A DNA stretch of 64,000 nt, taken from contig CAWJTV010000039.1 in NCBI GenBank assembly GCA_963845755.1, positions 192,001-256,000 of the forward strand, in the 5' to 3' direction. How positions within the stretch are numbered: the first letter of the stretch is position 1; every line of letters begins with the position of its first letter. Made by a program: the position numbers and the translations under genes. The notes under the pieces are model-generated. The model was not told the origin of the DNA and made no database searches. It saw only the letters and a list, made by a program, of their open reading frames with translations. Positions 43,601-55,230 of this stretch are shown here, piece after piece. The DNA comes from an uncultured Planctomycetota bacterium. Its GTDB lineage: Bacteria > Planctomycetota > Planctomycetia > Isosphaerales > Isosphaeraceae.

Positions 43601-43938
43601 CCCATCCCGCCTCGTGCGATCTCGCCCAGGAGGTCGTAATCGCCGACGACGCGGTCTCCATCAGGCGTGGTCGGACCGGGCAACCGTCCCTCGGGCGTCG
43701 GATCCCCACCGCCCGGCTTGCCCAACGGGGATTCGGAGGCCCGAAAGGGCGCGGTCAGCTCATGGAATTGATGCTGGGCGGCGAAGAACTCGGCGAGATC
43801 GGCCGTGAGTTCGGGGTGATTCTCGAGCAAGGATCGGACATCCGGCGCATCGCCGCGATCGACCTCTTCGAAATAGGCGGCGAGCACCTCATGGAGCCGT
43901 TGCTCGCGATGGCTCATGCTCTCGGAATCAACGGCCAT
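40639..43938 (-). CDS. Ser/Thr protein kinase with WD40 repeats
   Basis: IARGGMGIVY, HRDLKPSN, DFGLAR, APE; many FSPDG..LAT...LWD repeats. Confidence 0.95.
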   Translation of the reverse strand: MAVDSESMSHREQRLHEVLAAYFEEVDRGDAPDVRSLLENHPELTADLAEFFAAQHQFHELTAPFRASESPLGKPGGGDPTPEGRLPGPTTPDGDRVVGDYDLLGEIARGGMGIVYRARQRSLNRLVALKVIRDGGCASPDDARRFRNEAEAVANLDHPHIVPIHEVGEHRGCGFFSMKLVEGGSLGDRIKDYVGDTRAAARIVAAVARAIVHAHERGILHRDLKPSNILIDDRGEPLVADFGLARRVEGDSELTQSGAVLGTPAFMAPEQATGRKGAVTIATDIHGLGAVLYALLTGRAPFRGETPQATLEQVREQAPDPPSTIRPAVDRDLETICLKCLEKEPARRYLTAQAVAEDLERWLAGRPIAARRAGPVERAWRLCRHHPRSTALASVLVLLLATSVVGIATGMRAHHVVARLDQEARRSGRARRIEQYARDVQQAYRHWADNLPDQAREVLQRQRPEAGEEDLRGFVWHYVDRLCQVGRPSLRGHRGEVYHAMFSPDGMTLATAGQDRTARLWDVATGRILRVLEGKDAHTYDLNWVSVSPDGRTLATASDDQAVKLWDARNGRVLATMRDHSEPVVAAIFSPDGRQVISCGRARKVIVRDAATLREVRSFDVTNPDLQAMAISPDGTTLAIAGHGTIIRCLIDGRELARLARQDGQARCATFSHDGRAVATCGRGGDVELWETRTWTRTAIFPTNDSELRSVAFSPDDQTLAAVGTHGPIHLINRSTCAHESIASGHDGLWCVAYSPDGRTLATVSGQSTVRLWDLERDRSRISIRIPTGRISSLAFSTDGATITMADDAGRVWIRDAQGGALSAVNPGTAGYPIRHAALARNARLLVTAGESDTVTLWELPGGRRLGNYPVPRAFNGHLAVTADGQWVARSDHGDSVFLQNVARNGESKRLERSNGYALVFSPRGDSLSIWGWGAGTPVLWDIPSARPRTATEGRHRDAIISQAFSQDGSILATGGSGGTIILWDSESLSSLAQISGPATWVRSMAFSPNGRTLAAGLDDRCVHLWDVATGRELATLEGHTGPVNQVRFSPDGLTLATCAETAESRSELFLWTAMPRESITVRRPATTARSAFRKKSIR

Positions 43939-43948
43939 CGTTGATGAC

Positions 43949-44518
43949 TCACGGGGACTCGCTCAGCCGTTGCCGAAGCGTCTTGTAGCCACGATACAAC
44001 AAGCAGGTCACCGACGCGACGGTTTTCTCCATCCGCCGGGCGGCCTCCGCCACCGAGAGCCCCTGAAGGTGATGGAGCTCCACGGCGGTCCGTTGGTTCT
44101 CGGGCAGCGCGGCGAGGGCTTCGGCCAGGATGAGCAATTGCTCGGCCTTCACGGCCTTCTGACTGGGCGTGGACTCCGCCCGGGCCAGCCACGATTCCAG
44201 CCGAGCCGAGGATTCTTCGACGCCCTCCTCCAACGAGCGAGGCCGCTCCGCGGGCTGCCGGTCGAACCTTCGTATCGTCCGCGCCAGATGATTGGCCAGG
44301 ATCGTTCGAAGCCACGCCGCCAGCTCGGCATGGGTCCGGCCTCGAAACTGTGCCAGCTTTTCGTGAGCGATGAGCAGGGTCTGCTGCACGACATCCGACG
44401 GGTCGAGGCGGCTGCGCAGCCGGGGGTCAATCTGGCAACGAGCCAGGAGGCGGAGATAATCGGCGTATCGCTCCAGCGGCAGCGGAGCACCACCGGCCTC
44501 TTCAGACATCGAAACCAT
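43949..44518 (-). CDS. Planctomycete-type ECF sigma factor coupled to the kinase
   Basis: YLRLLAR.QIDPRLRSRLDPSDVVQQT region 2; region 4 LPENQRTAVELHHLQGLS; ends 10 bp upstream of the kinase. Confidence 0.9.
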   Translation of the reverse strand: MVSMSEEAGGAPLPLERYADYLRLLARCQIDPRLRSRLDPSDVVQQTLLIAHEKLAQFRGRTHAELAAWLRTILANHLARTIRRFDRQPAERPRSLEEGVEESSARLESWLARAESTPSQKAVKAEQLLILAEALAALPENQRTAVELHHLQGLSVAEAARRMEKTVASVTCLLYRGYKTLRQRLSESP

Positions 44519-44970
44519 GAACCCTCGTGATTGACGCCAATCGTGACGGCACTTATCATCCCACACCGTCGCGCTCGAAGACAAGGTCCGCCGACACGTT
44601 ACGCAGCCTTCGCGCCCTCGGGGAATACCTTATTCTTTTTTGAGGGCCGACCGAACTGCCATTCATGCGCGTGATGATAGCGGGCCTCGAACACCGGTAT
44701 CCTGGCTCGAGGGTTCCGTCGCCTCCGCCGATCCGGACGCAACAAGAATCCGTAGGGGTTTATGCAACTGGAGCGACTCTTCTTCGGATCATACAGTTAG
44801 AGACGCGGACAATGACCCACTCCCTTCCAAACCCACGGTCCATACATCAATGAATGCTGGCCGACGGTCCTGGTGGATCTCCGGGGATGGACACATCGCA
44901 TGGAACACGACCTCGAAACAAGACTGGCGCCAATCGTGCATGCGATCGAATCGACGAGGCGGACGATGCC

Positions 44971-45121
44971 GAATTGACGAAACGAAGCCAGGGCAAAGCG
45001 TGCATGCGAATCGGTCTGCCAGCCAGACACCGCGGAAAATCACCAAAACGAAGCCAGCGATTGAAACGTATGTCCACTATCTGGGCGATGTCGGCAACAG
45101 GAAATCAAGAAAACGAAGCCA
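44971..45121. repeat. Three regularly spaced AAACGAAGCCA repeats
   Basis: Cores at 44980, 45046 and 45111 (period 66 and 65 bp). Confidence 0.7.
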
Positions 45122-45168
45122 AGTACATGGTCAATTGTGCGCTAAATGTACCTGAGGAGTCATGATTG

Positions 45169-46018
45169 ATGAGTGATGTCACTACGACAACGATCCGGGT
45201 CGGGCACAGTCCCGACTCGGATGATGCATTCATGTTCTATGCCCTGACACACGATAAGGTCGATACGGAGGGGCTGCGGTTCAATCACCAGCTTGAGGAC
45301 ATCGAGACACTCAATCAACGTGCACTCAAGGGGGAGCTGGAGGTCTCGGCAGTTAGTATCCATGCGTTCGCGTACCTGGCGGATCGGTACTGCGCTGCTG
45401 GCGTCCGGCTCGAGCATGGGAGATCAATATGGTCCGACATTGGTTACGCGTCAGCCTCTGACACTCGACGACCTCCGCGGCCGGACGATCGCGATTCCGG
45501 GAAAGCTGACGACGGCCTATCTGACCATGCAGCTTTGTTTGGGAAAGGATACGCCGGTCGTCGTGATGCCGTTCGACCAGATCCTGCCGGCCGTGGCGGA
45601 AGGTCGGGTCGAGGCAGGACTTCTGATCCACGAGGGGCAGCTCTACTATGGGGAGCGGGGGCTGCATAAGGTCGTCGACCTGGGCCAGTGGTGGCACGCT
45701 CAGACGGGGCTGCCACTGCCGCTGGGGGGCAACGTGGTCCGCAGGGACCTGGGCGAGGCGCGGGTGGCCCAGATCGCCCGGCTCATCAAGGAAAGCATCC
45801 GCTATGCGCTCGACCATCGCGCGGAAGCCCTCGAATATGCCATGCGCTACGCCCGCGATCTGGAACCCGCCCTGGCCGACCGGTTCGTGGGGATGTATGT
45901 CAACGACTGGACGATCGATTACGGGCCAGTCGGCCGAGAGGCCGTCCGCACCCTTCTGAATCGTGCGGCGGAAGCGGGTTTAGTCCCGGGACCACTTGAC
46001 GTACAATTTGTCGGATGA
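45169..46018 (+). CDS. mqnD: MqnD-like futalosine-pathway menaquinone protein (frameshift near 45390)
   Basis: [43 protein letters not shown] motifs. Confidence 0.8.
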
Positions 46019-46049
46019 TCCCGCCGGCCCGTGTGATAAAGGACGACCC

Positions 46050-48854
46050 ATGCCGAACTCCTTCGATGCCCGCTCAACGCTCTCGGTGGACGGTCAGACG
46101 TTCCACTACTATCGGCTCGACGCGCTCAGCCGGTCCGGGCTCGATGCCGCGCGCCTGCCGTTTTCTCTCAAGATTTTGCTGGAAAACCTCTTGCGTCACG
46201 AGGACGGGGTCACCGTCACGGCCGAAGATATCCAGGGGCTGGTGTCGTGGGATCCCAAGGCAGAGCCGGACCGCGAGATCGCCTTCCGGCCCAGCCGGGT
46301 GCTGCTCCAGGACTTCACCGGCGTGCCGGCGATCGTCAACCTCGCCGCCATGCGCGATGCCATGAAGCGGTTAGGGGGCGATCCGAAGAAGATCAACCCG
46401 CTACAGCCGGTCGAGCTGGTCATCGACCACTCGGTGCAGGTTGACGAGGCCGGCACGCCGCAAGCCTTCACCGCCAACGCGGACCTCGAATTCCAGCGCA
46501 ACCGCGAGCGGTATGCGTTCCTCCGCTGGGGGCAGAACGCGTTCGATAACTTCCGCGTCGTCCCACCGGACACCGGGATCGTCCATCAGGTCAACCTCGA
46601 ATACCTGGCCCGCGTGGTCTTCGATGTCCAGGAGGGGGGCACGCGGACGGCGTATCCGGACACCTTGGTCGGCACCGACTCACACACGACCATGATCAAC
46701 GGGTTGGGCGTGCTGGGCTGGGGGGTCGGCGGCATCGAGGCCGAGGCGGCCATGCTCGGGCAGGCCGTCTCGATGCTGGTGCCCCAGGTCGTCGGTTTCA
46801 AGCTCACCGGCACCCTCCGCGAAGGGGCCACGGCCACCGATCTGGTGCTCACCGTCACCCAGATGCTGAGGAAAAAAGGGGTCGTCGGCAAGTTCGTCGA
46901 GTATTACGGGGACGGCCTGGCCGGCCTGCCGCTGGCGGACCGGGCCACGATTGCCAACATGGCCCCCGAGTACGGCGCGACCTGTGGCCTGTTCCCGATC
47001 GACGCCGAGACTCTCCGTTACCTGGAGCTCTCGGGCCGGCCGGCTCGGCAGATCCGGCTGGTCGAGGCGTATGCCAAGGCGCAGGGCATGTTCCACACGT
47101 CCGGAGCCGCCGAGGCCGAGTATTCCGACACCCTGGAGCTCGACCTGTCGACCGTCGAGCCCAGCCTCGCCGGACCCCGGCGCCCGCAGGACCGCGTCCC
47201 CCTGCACGCCGCCAAGGCGTCCTTTGCTGCGGCCCTCAAGGAGTTGCAGGCCGCGAAACCCAAAGCCAAGGGGAAACCCGCGCCGACCGCCGCGCCCTTG
47301 CCGGTCCTCGATCGGTTTGCCGGCGAGGGAGGAGGTACGGCCATCGGCCACGACGAAGTAGACGGGCACAACGGGGCCGCGGCGGAAGCGGCCCGCTCGG
47401 TCACCAACGGCTCGGTCGTGATCGCGGCGATCACCAGTTGCACCAATACGTCGAATCCGTCGGTCATGGTCGCCGCCGGGCTGCTGGCCAAGAAGGCCGT
47501 CGAGCATGGTCTGAAGACCAAGCCCTGGGTCAAGGCCAGCCTGGCGCCGGGTTCCAAGGTCGTCACCGACTACCTCCACGATGCCGGGCTCGACACCTAT
47601 CTCGACCAGCTCCGGTTCAACCTGGTCGGCTATGGCTGCACCACCTGCATCGGCAATTCCGGCCCGTTGCCGCCGGCCATCTCCGAGGCGATCAACGAAG
47701 ATGACCTGGTGGCCGTCGCCGTCCTCTCGGGCAACCGCAACTTCGAGGGCCGGATCAATTCGGATGTCCGTGCCAACTACCTGGCCTCGCCCCCGCTGGT
47801 CGTGGCCTATGCCCTGGCGGGCACCATGGACGTCGACCTTCAGAACGATCCGCTGGGCTCCGACCCTCAGGGCCGGCCGGTCTTCCTCAAGGACATCTGG
47901 CCCAGCCAGCACGAGATCCAGCAAGCCGTCCAGAAGTCGGTCCGCTCGGAGATGTTCCGCGCCAAGTACGCCGAGGTCTTCGGCGGCGACGAGCGGTGGA
48001 GTACGCTGCCGGTCCCGGAGGGCGACCTCTATCAATGGGACGAATCCTCGACGTACGTCAAGAATCCCCCGTATTTCAGCGATATGGGGGTCGAGCCGGT
48101 ACCAGTTGCGCCGATCGAGAATGCCCGGGTCCTGGCCATGCTGGGCGACAGTATCACCACCGACCATATCTCGCCGGCCGGCTCGATCAAGCCGGACAGC
48201 CCCGCGGGGCGATACTTGATCGAGCGGGAAGTGGGTGTGGCCGACTTCAATTCCTACGGGTCCCGGCGCGGGAACGACGAGGTGATGGTCCGCGGGACGT
48301 TCGCCAACATCCGGCTGCGGAACCGCCTCGCCCCGGGGACGGAAGGGGGATGGACCCGCCACCTTCCCGACGGCGAACAGATGACCATCTTCGACGCCTC
48401 CCGGCGCTACCAGGACGCGGGGGTTCCGCTCGTGGTCCTGGCCGGCAAGGAGTACGGCTCGGGCTCGTCGCGCGACTGGGCCGCCAAGGGTCCACGGCTC
48501 CTGGGCATCCGCGCCGTGATCGCCGAGAGTTACGAGCGAATCCATCGGTCCAACCTGGTGGGCATGGGCGTCCTCCCGCTCCAGTTCCGCCCCGGCGAGA
48601 CCGCCGAGAGCCTGGGACTGACCGGGGAAGAACTCTACGCGATCGAGGGACTGCCCGAAGCGATCTCCGGCCGGTTCGCGTCCGGTAGAGAATTGACCGT
48701 GACCGCCCGGCGCGACGGTCAGCCGCCGATCCGATTTCGGGTGGGTGTTCGGATCGACACCCCGCAAGAGATCCGCTACTATGAACATGGTGGAATCCTC
48801 CCGTACGTGCTTCGACAACTGCTGCACGGCGAGTCGCAGGGAGGTACCACCTGA
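46050..48854 (+). CDS. acnA: Aconitate hydratase A
   Basis: [60 protein letters not shown]. Confidence 0.97.
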   Translation: MPNSFDARSTLSVDGQTFHYYRLDALSRSGLDAARLPFSLKILLENLLRHEDGVTVTAEDIQGLVSWDPKAEPDREIAFRPSRVLLQDFTGVPAIVNLAAMRDAMKRLGGDPKKINPLQPVELVIDHSVQVDEAGTPQAFTANADLEFQRNRERYAFLRWGQNAFDNFRVVPPDTGIVHQVNLEYLARVVFDVQEGGTRTAYPDTLVGTDSHTTMINGLGVLGWGVGGIEAEAAMLGQAVSMLVPQVVGFKLTGTLREGATATDLVLTVTQMLRKKGVVGKFVEYYGDGLAGLPLADRATIANMAPEYGATCGLFPIDAETLRYLELSGRPARQIRLVEAYAKAQGMFHTSGAAEAEYSDTLELDLSTVEPSLAGPRRPQDRVPLHAAKASFAAALKELQAAKPKAKGKPAPTAAPLPVLDRFAGEGGGTAIGHDEVDGHNGAAAEAARSVTNGSVVIAAITSCTNTSNPSVMVAAGLLAKKAVEHGLKTKPWVKASLAPGSKVVTDYLHDAGLDTYLDQLRFNLVGYGCTTCIGNSGPLPPAISEAINEDDLVAVAVLSGNRNFEGRINSDVRANYLASPPLVVAYALAGTMDVDLQNDPLGSDPQGRPVFLKDIWPSQHEIQQAVQKSVRSEMFRAKYAEVFGGDERWSTLPVPEGDLYQWDESSTYVKNPPYFSDMGVEPVPVAPIENARVLAMLGDSITTDHISPAGSIKPDSPAGRYLIEREVGVADFNSYGSRRGNDEVMVRGTFANIRLRNRLAPGTEGGWTRHLPDGEQMTIFDASRRYQDAGVPLVVLAGKEYGSGSSRDWAAKGPRLLGIRAVIAESYERIHRSNLVGMGVLPLQFRPGETAESLGLTGEELYAIEGLPEAISGRFASGRELTVTARRDGQPPIRFRVGVRIDTPQEIRYYEHGGILPYVLRQLLHGESQGGTT

Positions 48855-49072
48855 CGCGGGTTTCGGCTGGCACAGGATTCGTAGGTCAGGCAATCCAGCC
48901 TGACGTGCCTGGAGTCGTCAGGCTGGATAGCCTGACCTGCGGGATACCCGCGCGAGATGCGCACGGTACAAAGATCCCACGGAGGCTCGCCCCCCCGATC
49001 CCTCCTTCGACAGAAATACCCTCCTAACGCCGTCCTACCGTTTTTCGCACGAACTCAGGAGTCGTGAAGATT

Positions 49073-50086
49073 ATGGCGCAAGTGCAGACCGAGGCGAAAC
49101 CGATCGTCAACCGGACCCAGGCACTGGTTTGGCTCCGCCAGATGATGCTGATCCGCCGCTTCGAGGAGCGCGCGGAGATGCTCTACCAGAAAGGGAACAA
49201 GATCGGCGGATTCTTCCACCAGTACAGCGGTCAGGAGCCGGTCGCCGTCGGCTCGATCGGGGTCCTGCGGGAGGACGACTATGTGATCACGGCCTATCGC
49301 GACCACGGCCATGCCCTGGCGCGGGGCATGACGGCCAAGTCCGCGATGGCCGAGCTGCTCGGCAAGGTGACCGGTTGCTCCAAGGGGAAGGGCGGCTCGA
49401 TGCACTTCTTCGACACGGAGAAGGGGTTCCTCGGCGGTCATGCGATCGTCGGCAGCCACATCCCGCTGGCGGCCGGCGTCGCCTTCGCGGCCAAGTACCG
49501 CAACGAGGACCGGGTCTGCATCTGCTACTTCGGCGACGGTGCCCTCAACCAGGGATCCGTCCACGAAGGTATCAACATGGCGGCCCTCTGGAAGCTGCCG
49601 GCGATCTACGTCGTCGAGAACAACATGTACGCGATGGGCACCTCGCTGGCGCGGTCCTCGGCCGTGCTCGACCTGACCGCCCGCGGCGCCATTCCTTACG
49701 GGATCCCTGGCTTCTCGATCAATGGGAACGACATCGAGCTTATGGCCAAGACGACGCGCGAGGCGGTCAATCGGGCGCGAGCCGGCGAGGGACCGACTTT
49801 CATCGAGGCCCAGACCTATCGCTACAAGGGACACTCGATCAGCGATCCGGGCAAGTATCGCCTCAAGGACGAGCTCGACTCGGCCGTCCGCAACGACCCG
49901 ATCGTGGTCTATCAGAACATCCTCAAGCAGCGCGGCTGGATCGACCAGGAGGCCATCGACCGCACGCACGAAAGCGTCAAGCAAGAGGTCGAGGAGAGCA
50001 TCGCGTTCGCCGAGCAGAGCGAGCCGACGCCCCTGGATGCCCTCTATGAAGACATCACGGTAGCCCCCTACATCCCACAGGAGTAA
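49073..50086 (+). CDS. pdhA: Pyruvate dehydrogenase E1 alpha
   Basis: GKGGSMH, GDGA...ENN ThDP motif, YRYKGHS. Confidence 0.95.
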   Translation: MAQVQTEAKPIVNRTQALVWLRQMMLIRRFEERAEMLYQKGNKIGGFFHQYSGQEPVAVGSIGVLREDDYVITAYRDHGHALARGMTAKSAMAELLGKVTGCSKGKGGSMHFFDTEKGFLGGHAIVGSHIPLAAGVAFAAKYRNEDRVCICYFGDGALNQGSVHEGINMAALWKLPAIYVVENNMYAMGTSLARSSAVLDLTARGAIPYGIPGFSINGNDIELMAKTTREAVNRARAGEGPTFIEAQTYRYKGHSISDPGKYRLKDELDSAVRNDPIVVYQNILKQRGWIDQEAIDRTHESVKQEVEESIAFAEQSEPTPLDALYEDITVAPYIPQE

Positions 50087-50088
50087 AC

Positions 50089-51066
50089 ATGGCGGTGATT
50101 TCGTATCGTGAGGCCCTGAATCAGGCGATGACCGAGGAGATGGACCGCGACGACAATGTCTTCCTCATGGGCGAGGAAGTGGCGCAGTACGACGGGGCCT
50201 ACAAGGTCAGCCAGGGCATGCTCAAGCGGTTCGGCCCGCGACGGGTGGTGGATACGCCGATCTCGGAGGCGGGCTTCGCGGGCATCGGCATCGGTGCCGC
50301 GATGGCCGGGCTCCGGCCGATCATCGAGTTCATGACGTTCAGCTTCAGCCTGGTGGCCATCGACCAGATCGTGAATAACGCGGCCAACATGCGGTACATG
50401 AGCGGCGGCCAGTTCGCCGTGCCGATCGTCTTCCGCGGCAGCTCGGGGATGGCCGGCTGTCTCGCGGCGACCCACTCGCACCGGCTGGAGTCGTGGTACG
50501 CCCACATCCCCGGCCTGACGGTGATCCTCCCCGCGACGCCCGCCGACGCCAAGGGGCTGCTCAAGAGCGCCATCCGCTCCGACGACCCGGTGGTCTTCAT
50601 CGAGCATGAGGTCCTCTACCACGACCGCGGCGAGGTCCCCGACGGCGAGCACCTGATCCCGATCGGCAAGGCCGAGATCAAGCGCCCGGGCTCCGACGTC
50701 ACATTGATCACCTATTCGCGATCGCTCAAGGCGACCCTCGCCGCGGCCGAGGCCCTCGCCGAGGAGGAGATCGATGCCGAGGTGATCGACCTCCGCACCG
50801 TCCGTCCGCTCGACCTGGACGCACTCCTGGCCTCGGTCCGCAAGACCCATCGCGCCGTGATCGTCGAGGAGGACTGGCCGTATTGCGGACTCGGCGCGGG
50901 GATCTCCGACCGGATCACCCGGGCGGCCTTCGACGAGCTCGATGCGCCGATCCTCCGGGTGACCGCCAAGGATGCGCCGATCCCGTACAACCGGGCCCTC
51001 GAGGCGTCGATGCTCCCCTCGGTCAACCGCGTCGTCGCCGCGGTCCATGATGTCCTTTACCTTTGA
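50089..51066 (+). CDS. pdhB: Pyruvate dehydrogenase E1 beta
   Basis: GEEVAQYDGAYKV, DTPISE, VIDLRT motifs. Confidence 0.95.
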   Translation: MAVISYREALNQAMTEEMDRDDNVFLMGEEVAQYDGAYKVSQGMLKRFGPRRVVDTPISEAGFAGIGIGAAMAGLRPIIEFMTFSFSLVAIDQIVNNAANMRYMSGGQFAVPIVFRGSSGMAGCLAATHSHRLESWYAHIPGLTVILPATPADAKGLLKSAIRSDDPVVFIEHEVLYHDRGEVPDGEHLIPIGKAEIKRPGSDVTLITYSRSLKATLAAAEALAEEEIDAEVIDLRTVRPLDLDALLASVRKTHRAVIVEEDWPYCGLGAGISDRITRAAFDELDAPILRVTAKDAPIPYNRALEASMLPSVNRVVAAVHDVLYL

Positions 51067-51080
51067 GTGGGAGAAGAGAC

Positions 51081-52495
51081 ATGCCGATCGAAGTCACGAT
51101 GCCAAAGCTCAGCCCCACGATGGAGACCGGCGTGATCGCGCAGTGGCTGGTCAAGGTCGGGGACCAGATCAAGGAAGGCGACGTGCTGGCGGAGATCGAG
51201 ACGGACAAGGCCACCATGCCGATGAAGTCGTACGACGACGGCACGGTCGTCCAGATCGACCATGCCGCCGGCGACGAGGTCGCGCTGGGGCAGCGGGTGC
51301 TGGTGCTGGCCAAGAAGGGTGAGGACCCGCAGCAGGTCGCGGCGAGCCTGGGCGGGGGCTCGGCGGCGCAGTCCAAGCCCACGGCCCCAGCGGCGGGCGG
51401 CAAGGCGGCCTCGGCGCCGAAGAAGGCCGAAGCCGACGACCGCGGCCCGGAGCCGGATCGTTCCCGAGGGAATGGCCAGCAGAAGCCCGACGCCGGCAAC
51501 GGCCGAAAGGCGGTCGACGAGGAACCCCAGGACGGCTCGGACACCCGGCGCCTCAAGGTCAGTCCGCTGGCGCGGAAGCTGGCCGAGTCGTCGGGCATCG
51601 AGCTGTCGCGGGTGCGCGGGTCGGGGCCCGGCGGACGGATCGTCCGGCGCGACATCGAGGAAATCCTGGAACGGTCGCCGGGATCCGGGTCCCCTGCGAC
51701 GGCCGTCGAGGAGCCGGACGAAGTCGATGCAGCCGAACCGGAGCCCACTCCCGCTGCGAGTCCAAAGACGGCCCCGGTGCCTCCAACGCGACCGTCCCCG
51801 GCTCCGCTCGCCGCCCAGCGCATCCCGCACACCCGGATGCGCAAGACCATCGCTCAGCGGATGCTCCAGGCCAAGCAGGCCGCACCCGAGATCCACCTGA
51901 CCGTCAACATCCGTGCCGACCGCCTGGTCGCCGCGCGCGAGGAGTTGAACAAGCGTCTGGCCCGCGACGGGATCAAGCTCTCGCTGGGCGACTTCGTCAC
52001 CAAGGCCGTGGCCCTGGCGTTGCGAGCCCATCCCGGCGTGAATGCCAGCTTCGAGGCCGACGCGATCGTCCGCCACGCCGAGGTCAACATCGGGATCGCC
52101 GTGGCATTGCCCGACGGACTCATCGTCCCGGTGCTGCATCACGCCGACACCCTGGGCCTGCGCGAGATCCGCCGGCAGAGCGAGGCGCTCGCCACCGCGG
52201 CCCGCGCCAGCACCCTGACCGGCGAGCAGCTCACCGGCAGCACGTTCACGATCTCCAACCTCGGCATGTACGGCATCCGCCAGTTCGACGCGATCATCAA
52301 CCTGCCCGAGGTCGGCATCCTCGCAGTCGGCGCCGCCGACAAGCGCCCGGTCGTCGAGGGGGACCGCCTGGTCGTCGGCAGCGTGATGACCGTCACCCTG
52401 ACCGCCGACCACCGCGCCGTCGACGGCGCCCTGGCCGCCGAGTTCCTCCAGACCCTCAGGGCATCCTGGAGGAACCGACGTCGATGCTCTTATAA
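51081..52495 (+). CDS. pdhC: Dihydrolipoamide acetyltransferase E2 (indel near the stop)
   Basis: Lipoyl ETDKAT, E3-binding SPLARKLA...GPGGRI, DHRAVDGA; likely true end GILEEPTSMLL* at 52495. Confidence 0.93.
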
Positions 52496-52570
52496 TCGGG
52501 CATCGGGCGTCGGGCATGGCGATTCTGGTATCCTGCCCCGATGGTTCCGACTCTCCTCGAGGACACACTC

Positions 52571-53842
52571 ATGACCTCTCCTGGAACGAATGCGGAACCG
52601 GCTTTTGCGCTGGCGAAAGATCGCTATGCGGACTGGGGCGTCAACGTCGAGGCGGCCATGCGCCGGCTGTCGACCCTCGCGATCTCGCTGCACTGCTGGC
52701 AGGGGGACGACGTCGGCGGGTTCGAGAATGCGGGCCAGGAGATCGGTGGCGGCCTGGCGGTGACGGGCAACTATCCGGGCAAGGCGCGCACCGCCGACGA
52801 GCTCCGCTCCGACCTGGACAAGACCCTCTCCCTCTTGCCGGGCAAGCATCGCCTGAACCTCCACGCCAGCTATGCCGAGACCGCCGGCCGTAAGGTCGAG
52901 CGCGATGCACTCCAGCCCGAGCACTTCCGCGGCTGGATCGACTGGGCGAAAGCCCGACGGGTCGGCATGGACTTCAACCCCACGTATTTCGCCCACCCGC
53001 TGGCCGCCGATGGGTATACGCTGGCGCACCCGGTCGAGAAAACCCGCCGGTTCTGGATCGATCACGGGATCGCTTGCAGGCGGATCGGCGCCGAGATCGG
53101 CAAGGCGCTGGGGACGCCGTGCGTCACGAACGTCTGGATCCCCGACGGCTCGAAGGAGCCGCCCATCGATCGCAAGACTCCGCGCCGGCGGCTGGCCGAC
53201 TCCCTCGACGCGATCTTCGCCGAGCCGATCGACCCGAAGTTCCATCGCGACGCCGTCGAGGGCAAGCTCTTCGGCATCGGCTCGGAGAGCTACGTCGTCG
53301 GCTCGCACGAGTTCTACCTGGGATATGCCATCACGCGGAAGAAGCTCCTGTGCCTCGACGCCGGTCATTATCATCCGACCGAGGTCGTCTCCGACAAGGT
53401 CTCCGCCGTCCTCCAGCACCTCGACGAGATCCTGCTGCACGTCAGCCGGGGCGTCCGGTGGGACAGCGATCATGTCGTGATCCTCTCCGACGAACTGGAG
53501 GCGATCGCGCAGGAGCTGGTCCGGGGCGACTACCTCAAACGCGTTCACATCGGGCTCGACTTCTTCGACGCGAGCATCAACCGGGTGGCGGCCTGGGTCA
53601 TCGGCGCCCGCTCCATGCTGAAGGCGCTCTTGCTCGCGCTGCTCGAGCCGATCGAGACCCTCCGCCGGCTCGAGGCCGAGGGGGACACCACCGGCCGGCT
53701 GGCGATGCTCGAAGAGCTCAAGACCCTTCCCTTCGGCGCCGTCTGGGACCATTATTGCCGCAGTCAGGGCGTTCCGGCCGGCCGCGAATGGCTGGAGGAC
53801 GTCAAGAAGTACGAGCGTGAGGTGCTCTCGGGTCGAGGGTAG
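52571..53842 (+). CDS. rhaA: L-rhamnose isomerase
   Basis: [57 protein letters not shown]. Confidence 0.96.
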   Translation: MTSPGTNAEPAFALAKDRYADWGVNVEAAMRRLSTLAISLHCWQGDDVGGFENAGQEIGGGLAVTGNYPGKARTADELRSDLDKTLSLLPGKHRLNLHASYAETAGRKVERDALQPEHFRGWIDWAKARRVGMDFNPTYFAHPLAADGYTLAHPVEKTRRFWIDHGIACRRIGAEIGKALGTPCVTNVWIPDGSKEPPIDRKTPRRRLADSLDAIFAEPIDPKFHRDAVEGKLFGIGSESYVVGSHEFYLGYAITRKKLLCLDAGHYHPTEVVSDKVSAVLQHLDEILLHVSRGVRWDSDHVVILSDELEAIAQELVRGDYLKRVHIGLDFFDASINRVAAWVIGARSMLKALLLALLEPIETLRRLEAEGDTTGRLAMLEELKTLPFGAVWDHYCRSQGVPAGREWLEDVKKYEREVLSGRG

Positions 53843-54254
53843 CGCGGCTCCTGAATCCGTCGCGCACGCCACGGCGCGGGTGGGGCGCGGGCACGATCCG
53901 AGCGCGAAACGCTCGGGGCCGCCGGCCTGAGAACAGGTGGAATAACAGGTGGAATTGGAACGTTGGTACACTAAGTGCATCGATTGTAATAGAATTCATA
54001 ATGTGTTAAAATATTAATATTTATTTATATGGGGTGCGCGTTCACGTGCTGAGAGTGACGGTCGTTCAGCGGCGAACAAGGTGTGGGTGCGTGAAAGGCG
54101 ATCCAGCCGTCATGGGGCCAGAGAGCTGCGTCAAACCCACGGCCTTGAAGCAATCGTTATCGGTCAGCCCCACTTCCGCAACTGCTGGGAGCGGGCTGGA
54201 GGATCTCACCGTTTGATCGGAAATCAAGAGCCACACACATTTGAGGAGCAGAAT

Positions 54255-55230
54255 ATGACGCAGTACATCATCGATCATCTGGCGACAAGGCGGGCATTTC
54301 TGGGCGGCACGGCCGCCCTGGCAGGGTGCGCGGTCATGCCGCGCAGCGTCTTCGGCGCTGACGCTGCCAAGCCCGACTCCGTCTTCAACGGCGTGCGAAT
54401 CGGTTGCATCACCTATAGCTATCGCGGCGGCGCCAATACCGCCGAGTACACGCTCGAGTGCCTCCTGAAGGATGGCCTGAGCGAGACGGAGTTGATGGAC
54501 GGACCCATCCGCTCCTTCGCCGGGATTACGGGTGGAGGCGGCGGGCGCGACCGTGGTCGGCGCGGCGGGGCGGGCAACGACGCCCAGCAACCGGCGTCTC
54601 CCTCGGTGAGCGATGCCGACCGCGCCAAGCTCGCGCGAGTCGCAGCTCGCCAAGTGCGCACAGCTCCGCAAGATGTACAACGACGCTGGCGTCAACATCC
54701 ATATCCACAAGTTCCCCTTCGGCCCGACCGACGACGACATCAACTTCAACTTTGAGATCGCCAAGGCTCTGGGCTGCAAGGCCATCACCACCGAGCGCAA
54801 CGACCAGCAGGCCAAGCGCCTCGCCCCGTTTGCCGAGAAGCACAAGATCTGGGTCGCCTTCCACAACCACACGAACAACACGCCGACGATCGAGGACATC
54901 GATCCGCTGCTGAACGTCGGCGAGTACATCGGCTTCAATTTCGACATCGGACACTACGTCGCCGGCACCAAGGGCAAATCGCCGATCCCGGTCATTGAGA
55001 AATACCACGACAAGATCATCAGCATGCACCTGAAAGACCGCACCGCCGCTGGCGGCAATCTCCCCTGGGGCCAGGGTCAGACGCCAATCAAGGAGGTCCT
55101 GCAACTGCTCAAGAAGGAGAAGTGGCCGATCTACGCCGACATTGAGCTGGAATACCGGATTCCACCGGGCTCCGACGCGGTGAAGGAGGTGGCCAAGTGC
55201 GTGCAGTACTGCAAGGAATCGCTCGCTTGA
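54255..55230 (+). CDS. Tat-exported sugar-phosphate isomerase/epimerase (xylose isomerase-like TIM barrel), frameshifted
   Basis: TRRAFL Tat motif; AFHNH, FDIGH, MHLKD, IELEY. Confidence 0.85.

Noticed and set aside
44971..45121. True CRISPR array
   Set aside because: Only three units with an 11-bp exact core and no cas genes; kept as an unexplained repeat.
52496..52516. TCGGGCR heptamer repeated three times after pdhC
   Set aside because: Short tandem repeat with no further structure.
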